DNA of 64,000 nucleotides. It comes from Akkermansiaceae bacterium. Lineage in GTDB: Bacteria > Verrucomicrobiota > Verrucomicrobiia > Verrucomicrobiales > Akkermansiaceae. The position numbers and the translations under genes are program-made. Under the pieces are notes generated by a model, which ran no database searches, had not been told where the DNA came from, and saw only the letters and a program-made list of their open reading frames with translations. This document shows, in pieces, positions 47,027-56,674 of the stretch; the first letter of the stretch is position 1; each line of letters starts with the position of its first letter. The DNA lies in contig JBPOGF010000003.1 in NCBI GenBank assembly GCA_051251915.1, forward strand, positions 192,001-256,000. The letters are read 5' to 3'.

Positions 47027-48784
47027 ATGATTACTATCCAAGGACAACTTCAAGAGAAGCTAGCGCAGGCAATTTCTAAACTGGGTATTGAGCTGCCTGA
47101 TGGCTTTAAGGCTGCGGTGGCTATTTCTGCGGATTTGAGGTTTGGGGATTATCAGTCGAATGTGGCGATGATGCTGAAGAAGCATTTGGGGAAGAATCCG
47201 CGTGAGATTGCTACTGATTTACTTGAGAATTTGGAGCTTGGGGAGTTGGCTACGGCGGATATTGCTGGGCCTGGGTTTATTAATTTTCGGGTGACGAATG
47301 GGGCTTGGGCTGAGAAGGTGGATGCTCTGATTAGTGATGAGCGTTACGGTGTGCCGGTGGTGGATGAGCCGAAGAATATTGTGGTGGATTTCTCTGGGCC
47401 GAATGTGGCTAAGCCGATGCATGTGGGGCATATCCGGTCTACGATTATTGGGGATTCGCTGTCACGTATTGCTACGTTTTTAGGGCATAATGTGACGACG
47501 GATAATCATATTGGGGACTGGGGGACGCAGTTTGGGATGATTATCTATGGGTGGAAGAATCTGTTAAGTGCTGAGGCGTTGGAGGAGAATCCTTTGCAGG
47601 AATTACTGCGAATTTACCGTGAGGTTACTAAGCTTTGTAAGGAGGACGAGGCTTTGAAGGAGAGCTGTAAGAGTGAGCTAGTGAAGCTACAGGGTGGTGA
47701 TGAGGCTAATACGGAGATTTGGAATCGGTGTGTGGAAGTTTCTAAGCTTGGGTTGAATGCGATCTATGATCGGCTTGATGTGAGTTTTGATCACTGGCAT
47801 GGTGAGAGTTTTTATAATGATCAGCTTGGGCCTCTTGTGGAGGAGCTTGTGAATGAAGGTCATGCGAAGGAGAGTTCAGGTGCGTTGTGTGTTTTCTCTG
47901 GTGAGGCTGTTGAGCCGAAGCAGGATCCGTTTAAGGAGAAGCGTGATGATGCTTGGTCTGATTTGCCGATGATTGTGCGTAAGGCGGATGGGGCATTTAA
48001 CTATGCTACTACTGATATTGCGACTGTGGATTATAGGTTGAAGGAGTGGGGTGCGGATAAGATTTGGTATGTGGTGGATGCGCGTCAGGCGTTGCATTTC
48101 CGTCAGTTGTTCGACATTTCAGGGCGTCGTGGATGTTCTGCTGAAATGGAGCATATTACTTTTGGGACGATTTTAGGGAAGGATGGGAAGCCGTTGAAAA
48201 CACGTGATGGTGATCTGCCTCAGCTTGGCGATGTGCTGGATGATGCGGTGGCTCAGTCACGCACGGTGATTGACGAGAAGAGTGATCATTTATCTGATGA
48301 GGAGAAGGGGGAGTTGGCTGAGACGATAGGGATTGGCTCGGTGAAATTTACTGAGCTTTCGCATAATCGGAACTCGGATTACTTGTTTGATTTGGAGAAG
48401 ATGGTGGCGCTTCAGGGGGATACAGCTCCTTATCTTCAGTATAGTAGTGTGCGTTGTAAGTCTATTTTCCGGAAGCTGGATGATGAGGTTGATTTTGCTG
48501 AGATTAAGGCGGTGATTTCTGAGGATGGGGAAGTGGCTCTCACTCGGATGTTGGCGCGTTATGGTGAGATTTTGCCAAATGTCTTAGATGATTTACGACC
48601 GAATATTTTAGCAAGTTATCTATTAGAGTTAGCTCGGAGTTTTCATAGTTTCTTTGAGGCTTGTCCTGTGATACAGAGTGAAGGCGAAACGAAGCTGACA
48701 CGCTTAGCTCTCTGTGAGTTAACGAGCCGTATCTTGAAGCATGGACTTAGTTTGTTAGGTATTAAAACGCCTGATAGAATGTGA
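47027..48784 (+). CDS. argS: Arginine--tRNA ligase
   Basis: GDYQSN, GPGFINF, PNVAKPMHVGH, GDWGTQFG, KTRDG, GDTAPYLQY, terminal RM. Confidence 0.97.
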   Translation: MITIQGQLQEKLAQAISKLGIELPDGFKAAVAISADLRFGDYQSNVAMMLKKHLGKNPREIATDLLENLELGELATADIAGPGFINFRVTNGAWAEKVDALISDERYGVPVVDEPKNIVVDFSGPNVAKPMHVGHIRSTIIGDSLSRIATFLGHNVTTDNHIGDWGTQFGMIIYGWKNLLSAEALEENPLQELLRIYREVTKLCKEDEALKESCKSELVKLQGGDEANTEIWNRCVEVSKLGLNAIYDRLDVSFDHWHGESFYNDQLGPLVEELVNEGHAKESSGALCVFSGEAVEPKQDPFKEKRDDAWSDLPMIVRKADGAFNYATTDIATVDYRLKEWGADKIWYVVDARQALHFRQLFDISGRRGCSAEMEHITFGTILGKDGKPLKTRDGDLPQLGDVLDDAVAQSRTVIDEKSDHLSDEEKGELAETIGIGSVKFTELSHNRNSDYLFDLEKMVALQGDTAPYLQYSSVRCKSIFRKLDDEVDFAEIKAVISEDGEVALTRMLARYGEILPNVLDDLRPNILASYLLELARSFHSFFEACPVIQSEGETKLTRLALCELTSRILKHGLSLLGIKTPDRM

Positions 48785-48850
48785 TCTTAGGTTATCACAT
48801 TCTAATGCTTGCCTATTGGCTAAATCACGAGTAAATGTTAAATTGTAATT

Positions 48851-50638
48851 ATGATAGAAGAACGCTACGAAATCATTAAGCTATTAGGTAAGGGGAGGAC
48901 TGGAGGCATCTATGAGGCCGAGGATACTAACCTTGGTCGAAAGGTGGCGATGCGTAGATTTTTCGCTCAAAATAAGCGAACTGATTTTGCTGAATACCAA
49001 GAGGATTTTGAAAAAGTAGCTCACTCATTGAGCGGGCTTCAGCATCCTAACTTGTTGCGTGTTTATGATGCAGGTGTCGATAGTGATGGTGCTTATATCA
49101 TTTCACAATTACTTACTGGCGAGACGCTTCATAATAAGATTAAGGATGGGCCAATTCCGGTGTGGGAGGTCAATGATCTAGCTCAGCAAATGCTTGATGC
49201 GCTTAGTACTGCCCACAAAGAAGGTTTTGTTCATGGTGCTATTACACCTGGTTCTATTTTGATGTCGCCACGTGCACGAGGTGGTTATCTTTATGTAGTT
49301 CTTGATATGGGGCTGTCAAGATTGGCGCCATTGATTCAGGGGAAGGACTCGGTTTTATCTATCATGGCAGATCCAGCAATTCTTGCGCCTGAGCTATTTG
49401 ATGGTGGAGTAGCAACTGAGCGAGCTGATCTTTATATGCTAGGACATATTCTTTATATGTGTCTAGCGGGTGGCCATCCTTTTGGAGGGGTTTCTTCAGC
49501 GGAGGCAGAAAAACTACACCAAGAGGGACTGCCTCCACTTACGGAATTCAGTCCAGATGTGCCAGAGGACTTCCGGTTATGGATAGAGAAGCTTACGCAG
49601 CTTGATCCGGAGGATCGTCCAGCGAATGCTGTGGAGGCACTCAACTCTTTACCTAAGGTGAACCGACCAGCAAGGAAGCACTCGGATGCAGTTTATACTG
49701 CGACGGCTCATCTTAAAACTAGTTCAACTGCACAGCTACAAGCACCAGCAGGAAATGTAACTGGTCCTCTGACTACGTTTGGAGTGTCTAGCACTGGGCC
49801 GCTGTCAGGGCTTGTGCCAGCAGGAGCAACGGGCGCTGCTGCGCCAGGCGGAATTCATGTTTTACCGGCGTCTGAGAAAGGTTCTAAGAAGGGGCTATTT
49901 ATCATCATTGGTTTAGTCGTTGCGATAGGCGCAGTGGCTGCTTTGATCGTTCTCAAAGGAGGAGATGATATACGTAAAACCTCAGCAGATGACGGTGAGG
50001 AGTCCTATGCTGAGAGAAATTCTGTTCAGGCAGAACAGATTCTTATTACTGACTTCGATGGCACCAAACGAAATAATAAGAACTGGAGAGTAACAACCGC
50101 TGAGTTGCAAAAAGCGCATAAGAGCCCTCAGGGTTTACTTATTGAGAGTGGTAGTTCAAAGCAGATGCCTGGACTAAGATTCCCACTTAGAGCTTATGCT
50201 GGTGACATGTTTGACTTGGGCTGGAAGCTCACTTATGTAGTGCAGCCATTATCGGGTGCGCATCGTGTAGGTTTTAAAGTTAGCGAGAAGTGGAACCCTG
50301 GGTGGGATGGTGGTAATGTAAGTGTTTATCTTGTGGTCCACCGCATTTCAGAGAGTGAAGTACTCGTTAGTATGCGAGATGCCAGTGGCAAGATCAAGAA
50401 AGGGAAGTCCCAGAAAGTGCAGTATGCTGGTGATGACTCTTGGCATACGATAACCTTGGAGCAAGGCCCTGAAGATTCATCTGGTTCATATGTGGTGAGT
50501 ATCGATGGTAAAAAAGCATTCGACGACACCTTTACTAGAGGATTAAAGGGGTATGATGATCAGATTTATAACTTCGCGTTCGACAAAAAGACGAAAGGCT
50601 CATGGGTTATAAAACAGATCAAGCTTGAGACACCATAG
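48851..50638 (+). CDS. Hanks-type kinase-fold protein, probable pseudokinase, with one TM and a C-terminal beta-rich domain
   Basis: GKGRTG loop, HPN, DMG, APE, DLY, HPF retained; VAMR and HGAITPGS replace VAIK and HRDxKPxN. Confidence 0.88.
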   Translation: MIEERYEIIKLLGKGRTGGIYEAEDTNLGRKVAMRRFFAQNKRTDFAEYQEDFEKVAHSLSGLQHPNLLRVYDAGVDSDGAYIISQLLTGETLHNKIKDGPIPVWEVNDLAQQMLDALSTAHKEGFVHGAITPGSILMSPRARGGYLYVVLDMGLSRLAPLIQGKDSVLSIMADPAILAPELFDGGVATERADLYMLGHILYMCLAGGHPFGGVSSAEAEKLHQEGLPPLTEFSPDVPEDFRLWIEKLTQLDPEDRPANAVEALNSLPKVNRPARKHSDAVYTATAHLKTSSTAQLQAPAGNVTGPLTTFGVSSTGPLSGLVPAGATGAAAPGGIHVLPASEKGSKKGLFIIIGLVVAIGAVAALIVLKGGDDIRKTSADDGEESYAERNSVQAEQILITDFDGTKRNNKNWRVTTAELQKAHKSPQGLLIESGSSKQMPGLRFPLRAYAGDMFDLGWKLTYVVQPLSGAHRVGFKVSEKWNPGWDGGNVSVYLVVHRISESEVLVSMRDASGKIKKGKSQKVQYAGDDSWHTITLEQGPEDSSGSYVVSIDGKKAFDDTFTRGLKGYDDQIYNFAFDKKTKGSWVIKQIKLETP

Positions 50639-50811
50639 GTAACCTTTGGTATCTCCCGACACTGCTGTTTTGGCACATTGGGTTAGGACTTTGTAAGTGA
50701 TGACTATTTTGTGGTAAAGGAATCCTAAGGGAGAGAGAGTAAAGTTGCGTTTACTCTCCCGTTATAGAACCGCTAGTTTGCAGAGGCTCCCTTTAGACTC
50801 TTCTATCAAAT

Positions 50812-52137
50812 TTATCCACGGAAGCCATATGGGGCGCGTTCGGCGAGCTGGCTGAGAAGGCGAGAGATGATTCTGGGGCCATCTACACCGATTCCATTGT
50901 GTTCCCATTCGTTAGTTACCCAGATGCGGAAGTTTCCTACATGTTGAGCTGTTTCTTCTGACCATTCTACGGGCACATACATGTCGTCGTAGTATGAGAT
51001 AGCAGACACGGGGACCTCGTTTTTAGCGAGTTGGTCTAGGTCGTATAGTTTTCCCCAGTCAGATTTTTGGGCTAAGATCTCTGCTAATTCTTTGAGTGGT
51101 TGGAGTGATTTATAGTCATCGAGCATTGTTGGTGAGACCATTTCACCTGTGAAATAAAACTGCTCGGCATTGACATCGAATTCAGGGAATTCTTTTCTCA
51201 GAGCTTCGCCAGCCCATTGTGTGGCGTAGCCTTCTGCGTAGATAGACTCGTGCATGATAGTGAAGATAGGGTTGTTCTCGTAGGCGGATGACTGCTCTAC
51301 ACGGGCGAGGAAATATTCACTTAGTTCTCTGCCATTGACTCCGTTGATGAATGCTTTCTCGATGAGGTAGTGCATTGCTTCAAGACCACCGCTGCCGCCA
51401 AAGAACATGCCTAGTTGCTGGAATCTTCTATCGGTCAAGCGGACGCCGCTGGGTAGCATGACTTTTTGGTTTTGGAGGCATTTGACGATTTCGTTTACTA
51501 TAGCAGCATCCTCTGGGTAGCGTTGGAAATACAGACGGTTCTTATCGATCACTTTGTTATAAGTCAGGCGATAGTTGCCCTTGATGTGTTGTTTTATGCA
51601 GGCCACGCCTCCAGTGATGATTACTCCAGAGAGGCCTTCTGGGTGGAATGAAAGATAGGTTAGTAGGCAAAATCCACCGTAACTCTGGCCCATGCCGATC
51701 CATTTACTGTCGCCGATGAGTGATTTACGGATTCCTTCTGCATCACGCACGATGCTATCGGTTCTGAAATGGGTTAGATAGTCGGCTTGGGCAGTAGCAT
51801 CACCGCGGGTGGCTAGAGTCTGAGGCATGACTGGGCTGCTAAGTCCGGTGCCGCGTTGGTCTAGCAAAAGTAGTCTATGGGTCTTGAGTAACTCACCGCA
51901 CCAACCGGATGATGTTCCGAGTCGTGGGCTTTCGCCGCCCGGGCCACCTTGGAGAAATATTAACCAGGGAAGTTTTTTGCTGGCACCTTTTAGTGAAACT
52001 TCACGGGCGAAGACCTCGATCTTTTCACCTTCTTGCTGGGCGTAGTCCAGAGGGACTTCGAAATAGTGATCTGTAATTTCTAGTCCGTTGGTAAGTCTTG
52101 TTTCACTGCTTCTGGTAGGTGCTGCCGTTATATTCAT
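50812..52137 (-). CDS. Proline iminopeptidase-like alpha/beta hydrolase
   Basis: VPLDY, LQGGPG, DQRGTG.S, GQSYGG, DDMYV, EHNG. Confidence 0.9.
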   Translation of the reverse strand: MNITAAPTRSSETRLTNGLEITDHYFEVPLDYAQQEGEKIEVFAREVSLKGASKKLPWLIFLQGGPGGESPRLGTSSGWCGELLKTHRLLLLDQRGTGLSSPVMPQTLATRGDATAQADYLTHFRTDSIVRDAEGIRKSLIGDSKWIGMGQSYGGFCLLTYLSFHPEGLSGVIITGGVACIKQHIKGNYRLTYNKVIDKNRLYFQRYPEDAAIVNEIVKCLQNQKVMLPSGVRLTDRRFQQLGMFFGGSGGLEAMHYLIEKAFINGVNGRELSEYFLARVEQSSAYENNPIFTIMHESIYAEGYATQWAGEALRKEFPEFDVNAEQFYFTGEMVSPTMLDDYKSLQPLKELAEILAQKSDWGKLYDLDQLAKNEVPVSAISYYDDMYVPVEWSEETAQHVGNFRIWVTNEWEHNGIGVDGPRIISRLLSQLAERAPYGFRG

Positions 52138-52175
52138 GATGCTTGGATCATTGGCATTTACGAACTCATGTAAAC

Positions 52176-52225
52176 AAAAACAAGAGCCTCTCCGCGATCT
52201 AATGATCATGTTGCGGAAAGGCTCC
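52176..52225 (-). terminator. Long hairpin with U-tract between the DUF4349 gene and the peptidase
   Basis: Minus strand GGAGCCTTTCCGC...GCGGAGAGGCTCTTGTTTTT. Confidence 0.6.
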
Positions 52226-52318
52226 TGCCACCTTATCTAAGGCGTACACACAAAAAATTTGATAACCGTCAATTATTTATACGGGGTTAAGACGAGGAAG
52301 TTTAGATATTTATTCATT

Positions 52319-53035
52319 TTATTCACGAATTGTAAAAAGCTTACCCAAAGTCCACTTTGCGGCATCAGATGTAGCTCCTAATGGTCCACGGATGGGATTC
52401 TGGGAGAGTGAGATGTCTAGCTTGCTGAACCTTGCGAAAGCCTTCATCTGGCGTGCACCTTCTTCAATAGAGAAAATCTGTTCTTCTATCTCAGCGAGGT
52501 TTTTTTCTAGTTCTAGCTTATCTTTTAGTTCTTTTGCATTGCGGTACATTGTTTCTAGTCTGGCTTTGCGTTGCTTTAGTTTTGTGAGTAGTGCTTTTTG
52601 GGCGATGGCTTCTTTGGTGCGGTCTTTTACAGTGATCTTGCGGTAGGTTACTTTGCCTAGTTGAGAAATGGCATCCATGGTGAGGACGAGGTTCTCGGCT
52701 GGTATACGGATGGAAAATGAGGCGCTCTTTTGCTTATCATCTCGCTCATCATAGCTCAGCATATGACCGCCTTGTGTAGCTGTGATTTGCTCTATACGTT
52801 CTGCGGCTTCTCGCACATTGCTGGCATCTAGATTTATAGAACCAGTCTTCACTACCACCCGTTCAGCAGTGCTGACACTGTTCCTGTTTAGTGATCCTGA
52901 TGAGGGGGCCGCGTAGCTTGGCATGGATGGCACCATTGGGGATTCATAAGACTGCATGCCACAGCTGTTAAGAGCGGTGACAAAGCCTAGACTCAATAGC
53001 AGCCTTAGCGTGTAGATATAGGTTATATGATTCAT
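52319..53035 (-). CDS. DUF4349-like lipoprotein
   Basis: Lipobox LNSC; R.VVKTG.I.L, IRIPA, LG.V...D.T, coiled coil, S..I.L. Confidence 0.82.
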   Translation of the reverse strand: MNHITYIYTLRLLLSLGFVTALNSCGMQSYESPMVPSMPSYAAPSSGSLNRNSVSTAERVVVKTGSINLDASNVREAAERIEQITATQGGHMLSYDERDDKQKSASFSIRIPAENLVLTMDAISQLGKVTYRKITVKDRTKEAIAQKALLTKLKQRKARLETMYRNAKELKDKLELEKNLAEIEEQIFSIEEGARQMKAFARFSKLDISLSQNPIRGPLGATSDAAKWTLGKLFTIRE

Positions 53036-53181
53036 TGTGCTGGAAAAGTAGCACTTGGGTGATAGGGTGTAAATATTAAAGTGCTGAAAAAACTGCATTT
53101 AGTGTATTTAGGTGGTGAAATTCAAAGAAAACGGTGTCACTAAGGGTTGTTATTTAAAGGAAAACCAGTATATTCTCGAAC

Positions 53182-54654
53182 ATGTCAAATCTCCATAACG
53201 ACGACTTAATTTCTAAGCGACATTTATCCCGGCCGAGCTTTTTAGCGCGTATCTGGTGGATACGTGCGGCCCTCTTCTTGCTTGTTTGTTTTGCAATCGT
53301 TTTCCCATTTACTAAGACTGGAAAAGACGCGGTGAGAGCGTGGAATCGTCCAGCTGTTAAGAGCTCTGCTGCGGATACTGAACGGGTTCCTGAGGTTAAA
53401 CCTGAACCCAAGCCAATGCCGGAACCAGTGGTAGATCCCGAGCCAATGCCTGAGCCAGCACCGGTGGTGAAGCGAGTTCTTACTGTTGCTATAGAGAGTG
53501 ATGCGGATGTGAGGAAAACCCTCAAAGGTTTTGGTCTCAAGTATCAGGCAAATTTCCCGAAGGGGGAACAGGCATCAAAGGAGCGAGTAAGAGACGATAG
53601 CTATGTGGCGAGCTTCAGCCTTGATGTGAAAATGCCAACGCCTGCTACCACGGCTAAGCAGCTAGCGGAGATTAATCCGCATCTTATAAAAATGCTTCCA
53701 GGGCTGGGTGATCTTACTGAGAAGGCGAAGGTCTCGCCATTTTACACGAAGCTCTATAATAACAAAGCTGAGCGTTTGAAACGTGAAGTGCTGAATCTTG
53801 GCAAAGTTCTGACGAGTCATAATTTTTACGATTGTGAGACGATGTTAGAGATGGCTCATCCTGTGAGTGGTCGAAAGGTATTTTTATTTCAAGCGGACAT
53901 GGATGTGGTGACTGATGGTTCTGATGGAGATAGGCTGGAAGTGATGCCTGATGCGGTGGTGAATTCGACATACTACCAACCTTTCACGAGTTATAGTTGG
54001 GATAAGGTTACGAAGAAAAAGAACCCGATGGTGAAGGGCTGGGAGCAGCGGATGAAGAATGCCAAAGCTGAGCTTGGACGAGCTGGCACAACTCCGGAGC
54101 GTAAAGCGTGGTTACGTAGTAGGATGAAAATGCTTCAGGTGGGGATTGATGATATGAGGATTCATAGCTTTCTGATTGCTGAGCACGATCCATTTATTGT
54201 TATTTCGGTGGATAAGATTAAGGCCGCGAGGTCTCAGAAGGATGTTCCGGGAGTGGGGGATTATGTGGCGGTGATTTATAAGGATAAGATTTATCCTGCT
54301 ATTGTTGGAGATGGAGGACCTACTTTTAAGGCTGGGGAAAGTTCGCTGCGACTAGCTAAAGAGATAAATCCTATTGCGACATCCTATCATCGGCCAGTTT
54401 CTACGCTGGGGGTTACTTATGTGGTTTTTCCGGGGACGGCGGTGAAGCCAAGGTCTGCGCCGGATTATGATCTATGGTATGAACAGTGCTCTAAGTTACT
54501 TGGAGAGATAGGAGGTCTCGGCGAGGGTTATACGCTTCATCGCTGGGAAGATACTTTCCCGAAACCAGAGCCAGATCCAGAGCCTGAACTAGTACCTGAG
54601 GAGGAGGCGGAAAGAGAGCTGGATTCTGAAACGGTGACCACACCGAATCTATGA
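53182..54654 (+). CDS. Glycoside hydrolase family 75 (chitosanase-like), membrane anchored
   Basis: DMDVVTDG, PFIVI, AIVGDGGP..GESS..LA, VTYVVFPG; N-terminal TM; PE/PK-rich linkers. Confidence 0.8.
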   Translation: MSNLHNDDLISKRHLSRPSFLARIWWIRAALFLLVCFAIVFPFTKTGKDAVRAWNRPAVKSSAADTERVPEVKPEPKPMPEPVVDPEPMPEPAPVVKRVLTVAIESDADVRKTLKGFGLKYQANFPKGEQASKERVRDDSYVASFSLDVKMPTPATTAKQLAEINPHLIKMLPGLGDLTEKAKVSPFYTKLYNNKAERLKREVLNLGKVLTSHNFYDCETMLEMAHPVSGRKVFLFQADMDVVTDGSDGDRLEVMPDAVVNSTYYQPFTSYSWDKVTKKKNPMVKGWEQRMKNAKAELGRAGTTPERKAWLRSRMKMLQVGIDDMRIHSFLIAEHDPFIVISVDKIKAARSQKDVPGVGDYVAVIYKDKIYPAIVGDGGPTFKAGESSLRLAKEINPIATSYHRPVSTLGVTYVVFPGTAVKPRSAPDYDLWYEQCSKLLGEIGGLGEGYTLHRWEDTFPKPEPDPEPELVPEEEAERELDSETVTTPNL

Positions 54655-56120
54655 AGAAATGTATTATCTGGCTACGTAAGGACCTGCGTCTGAATGACCA
54701 TCCCGGTTTTGCATATGCTATTCAGCAAGGCTACCAGATTATTCCGGTTTTCATTTGGGATGATGCGGAGCATCGTTGGCAAGATGGTGCAGCCTCGCGC
54801 TGGTGGTTGCATCATGCTCTTAAGGATTTAGAGGGACAGATAGAGGAATTAGGAGGTAAGCTGATTATTCATGAGCTAGGGAGTTCTAATACGGAGCGGG
54901 ATAGGGGTAAGTTTTCTGCGGAGGTTATGGAGATTTTTCGTGGATATGAGGCTGATGCTATTTACTGGGGAAGGCGTTATGAGCCAGAAATTATTGAGCG
55001 TGATAAGCGACTTAAATATGATCTAACAGAAGAGGGTTATGAGGTGAAATCCTTTAATACTCATCTTTTGTTAGAGCCGCATACGATTAAAAATAAATCT
55101 GGGAGTCACTTTAAGGTTTTTACTCCGTATTGGAAGCATTGTCTCACTCACAGCATCGCTCCTGTTATTGAGATTTCTGCTAAAGAATGGGCTGAGGTTC
55201 AGTGGGGCGAGATGCCATCTCCTGATTGTGTTGATGACCTTGATCTTTTGCCAGAGATCCCGTGGGATGAGGAATTTTACGAGTACTGGGGACCTACCCG
55301 AAAGGAGGGTTTAGCAAGATTATCTGAGATGGTGGAGTCTAAGGCTGGTGACTATGATAAGATGCGCGATATACCATCGGTGGACGGGACTTCGCAGCTT
55401 TCGCCGTATCTTCAGTGGGGGCAGGTGAGTGCGCGTGAGGTTTATCATGCTTTTGGGGGCAGCTATAATGATACGGTGGAGAAAGGGTATCTGAGGCAGT
55501 TGTTTTGGCGTGAGTTTAGTTACCATTTACTGTTTCATGCGCCGCATAGTGTGGAGCGGCCGTTGAGGCCAGAGTATGAGAATTTTCCGTGGAAAGCGAA
55601 GGAGAAGTATCTAACAGCTTGGCAGAAGGGGGAGACGGGATTTCCGATTGTGGATGCGGGGATGAGGCAGCTGTGGCAGACTGGGTGGATGCATAATCGG
55701 GTGAGGATGATTGTGGGGTCGTTTTTGGTGAAGCATTTGTTGCAGGACTGGCGTGAGGGGGCGAGTTGGTTTTGGGATACGCTGGTGGATGCGGATCTGG
55801 CGAACAATACGATGGGGTGGCAGTGGATAGGTGGTTGTGGGGCGGATGCTTCGCCGTATTTTAGGATTTTTAATCCTATTATTCAGGGTGAGAAGTTTGA
55901 TCCAGATGGGGAGTATGTTAGAAGGTATTGTCCGGAGTTGAAGGATGTGCCTAGCAAGTATATTCATAAGCCTTGGGAGATGCCTGAGTTAGAGTTGGTG
56001 GCTGCTGGGGTGACGTTGGGGAAAACTTACCCTCAGCCTGTTATTTCTCATGAGGATGGTAGAGCTAGTGCGCTAGATGCCTATGGAAAATTCAAAGAGT
56101 TGAATAAAGAGCAGGGCTAG
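54651..56120 (+). CDS. phrB: Deoxyribodipyrimidine photolyase
   Basis: W.RKDLRL.D, TS.LSPYL..G, L.WREF, G.TGFPIVDAGMRQL, MHNRVRM, PYFRIFNP. Confidence 0.95.
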   Translation: MKKCIIWLRKDLRLNDHPGFAYAIQQGYQIIPVFIWDDAEHRWQDGAASRWWLHHALKDLEGQIEELGGKLIIHELGSSNTERDRGKFSAEVMEIFRGYEADAIYWGRRYEPEIIERDKRLKYDLTEEGYEVKSFNTHLLLEPHTIKNKSGSHFKVFTPYWKHCLTHSIAPVIEISAKEWAEVQWGEMPSPDCVDDLDLLPEIPWDEEFYEYWGPTRKEGLARLSEMVESKAGDYDKMRDIPSVDGTSQLSPYLQWGQVSAREVYHAFGGSYNDTVEKGYLRQLFWREFSYHLLFHAPHSVERPLRPEYENFPWKAKEKYLTAWQKGETGFPIVDAGMRQLWQTGWMHNRVRMIVGSFLVKHLLQDWREGASWFWDTLVDADLANNTMGWQWIGGCGADASPYFRIFNPIIQGEKFDPDGEYVRRYCPELKDVPSKYIHKPWEMPELELVAAGVTLGKTYPQPVISHEDGRASALDAYGKFKELNKEQG

Positions 56121-56141
56121 TATTTAAAATACTAGCCCTGC
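56111..56141. terminator. Near-perfect palindrome between convergent genes
   Basis: GCAGGGCTAGTATTT-A-AAATACTAGCCCTGC, includes the phr stop codon. Confidence 0.7.
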
Positions 56142-56164
56142 AGGAGTGGTTGATTTTTAGATTA

Positions 56165-56560
56165 TTAAATGGGTTTTGCTAGTTTGATGATGGCGAAGTG
56201 TGCGCCTTGGGGGTCTGCTAGGTAGGCTATTCTGCCTGCTTCTGGGCAGTCGAATGGTGGCATGAGGATTTTTCCGCCTAGTTTTTCGGTGGTGGCGGCT
56301 GCGGCGTCTACGTCGTCTACGTGGATATGGAGTCCCCAGTTGTTAGGGATGCCGGGGGCCATTGGTTTCATGGCTCCGGCTACTTCTTCTCCGCTGGGGT
56401 TGGTGAAGCAGGTGTAGGTGCCGGAGCCGTCTGCCATTTCGGCTTCCTGCGCTGTCCAGCCGAAGATTTCACCATAAAATGTGGCTGCTGCTTGTGGGTC
56501 TGCTGTGGTAAGTTCTCCCCAGCATACTGCTCCGTGTTGTCCTCTGATATCTTTTTTCAT
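56165..56560 (-). CDS. VOC family protein (glyoxalase/bleomycin-resistance-like)
   Basis: W.EL...D...A..FY..FGW, VDDVDA...GG, GR.A...DPQGA. Confidence 0.9.
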   Translation of the reverse strand: MKKDIRGQHGAVCWGELTTADPQAAATFYGEIFGWTAQEAEMADGSGTYTCFTNPSGEEVAGAMKPMAPGIPNNWGLHIHVDDVDAAAATTEKLGGKILMPPFDCPEAGRIAYLADPQGAHFAIIKLAKPI

Positions 56561-56633
56561 GTTAGTTGTAGTGTGGTTAATGTTGATGTTTCGATCTGCT
56601 CATTTCGCAGATTCAAGGGCATTCAACCACACG

Positions 56634-56657
56634 CTAGTGACAACCCTATGTCAGTAG
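56634..56657. promoter_or_regulatory. Palindromic operator candidate for the adjacent WYL regulator
   Basis: CTAGTGACA-N6-TGTCAGTAG (8/9 dyad), about 75 bp upstream of the VOC gene. Confidence 0.6.
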
Positions 56658-56674
56658 GGTTGAAAAAAGATGGT

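Noticed and set aside
52140..52318. T-box or riboswitch leader for the proline iminopeptidase
   Set aside because: GGTGGCAGG does not match the T-box TGGNACC consensus and no aptamer is recognisable; the hairpin is adequately explained as a terminator of the upstream gene
53390..53465. PEPKP/PEP-rich repeats in the GH75 protein as a PEP-CTERM signal or DNA repeat
   Set aside because: Ordinary Pro/Glu linkers with no following TM and basic tail
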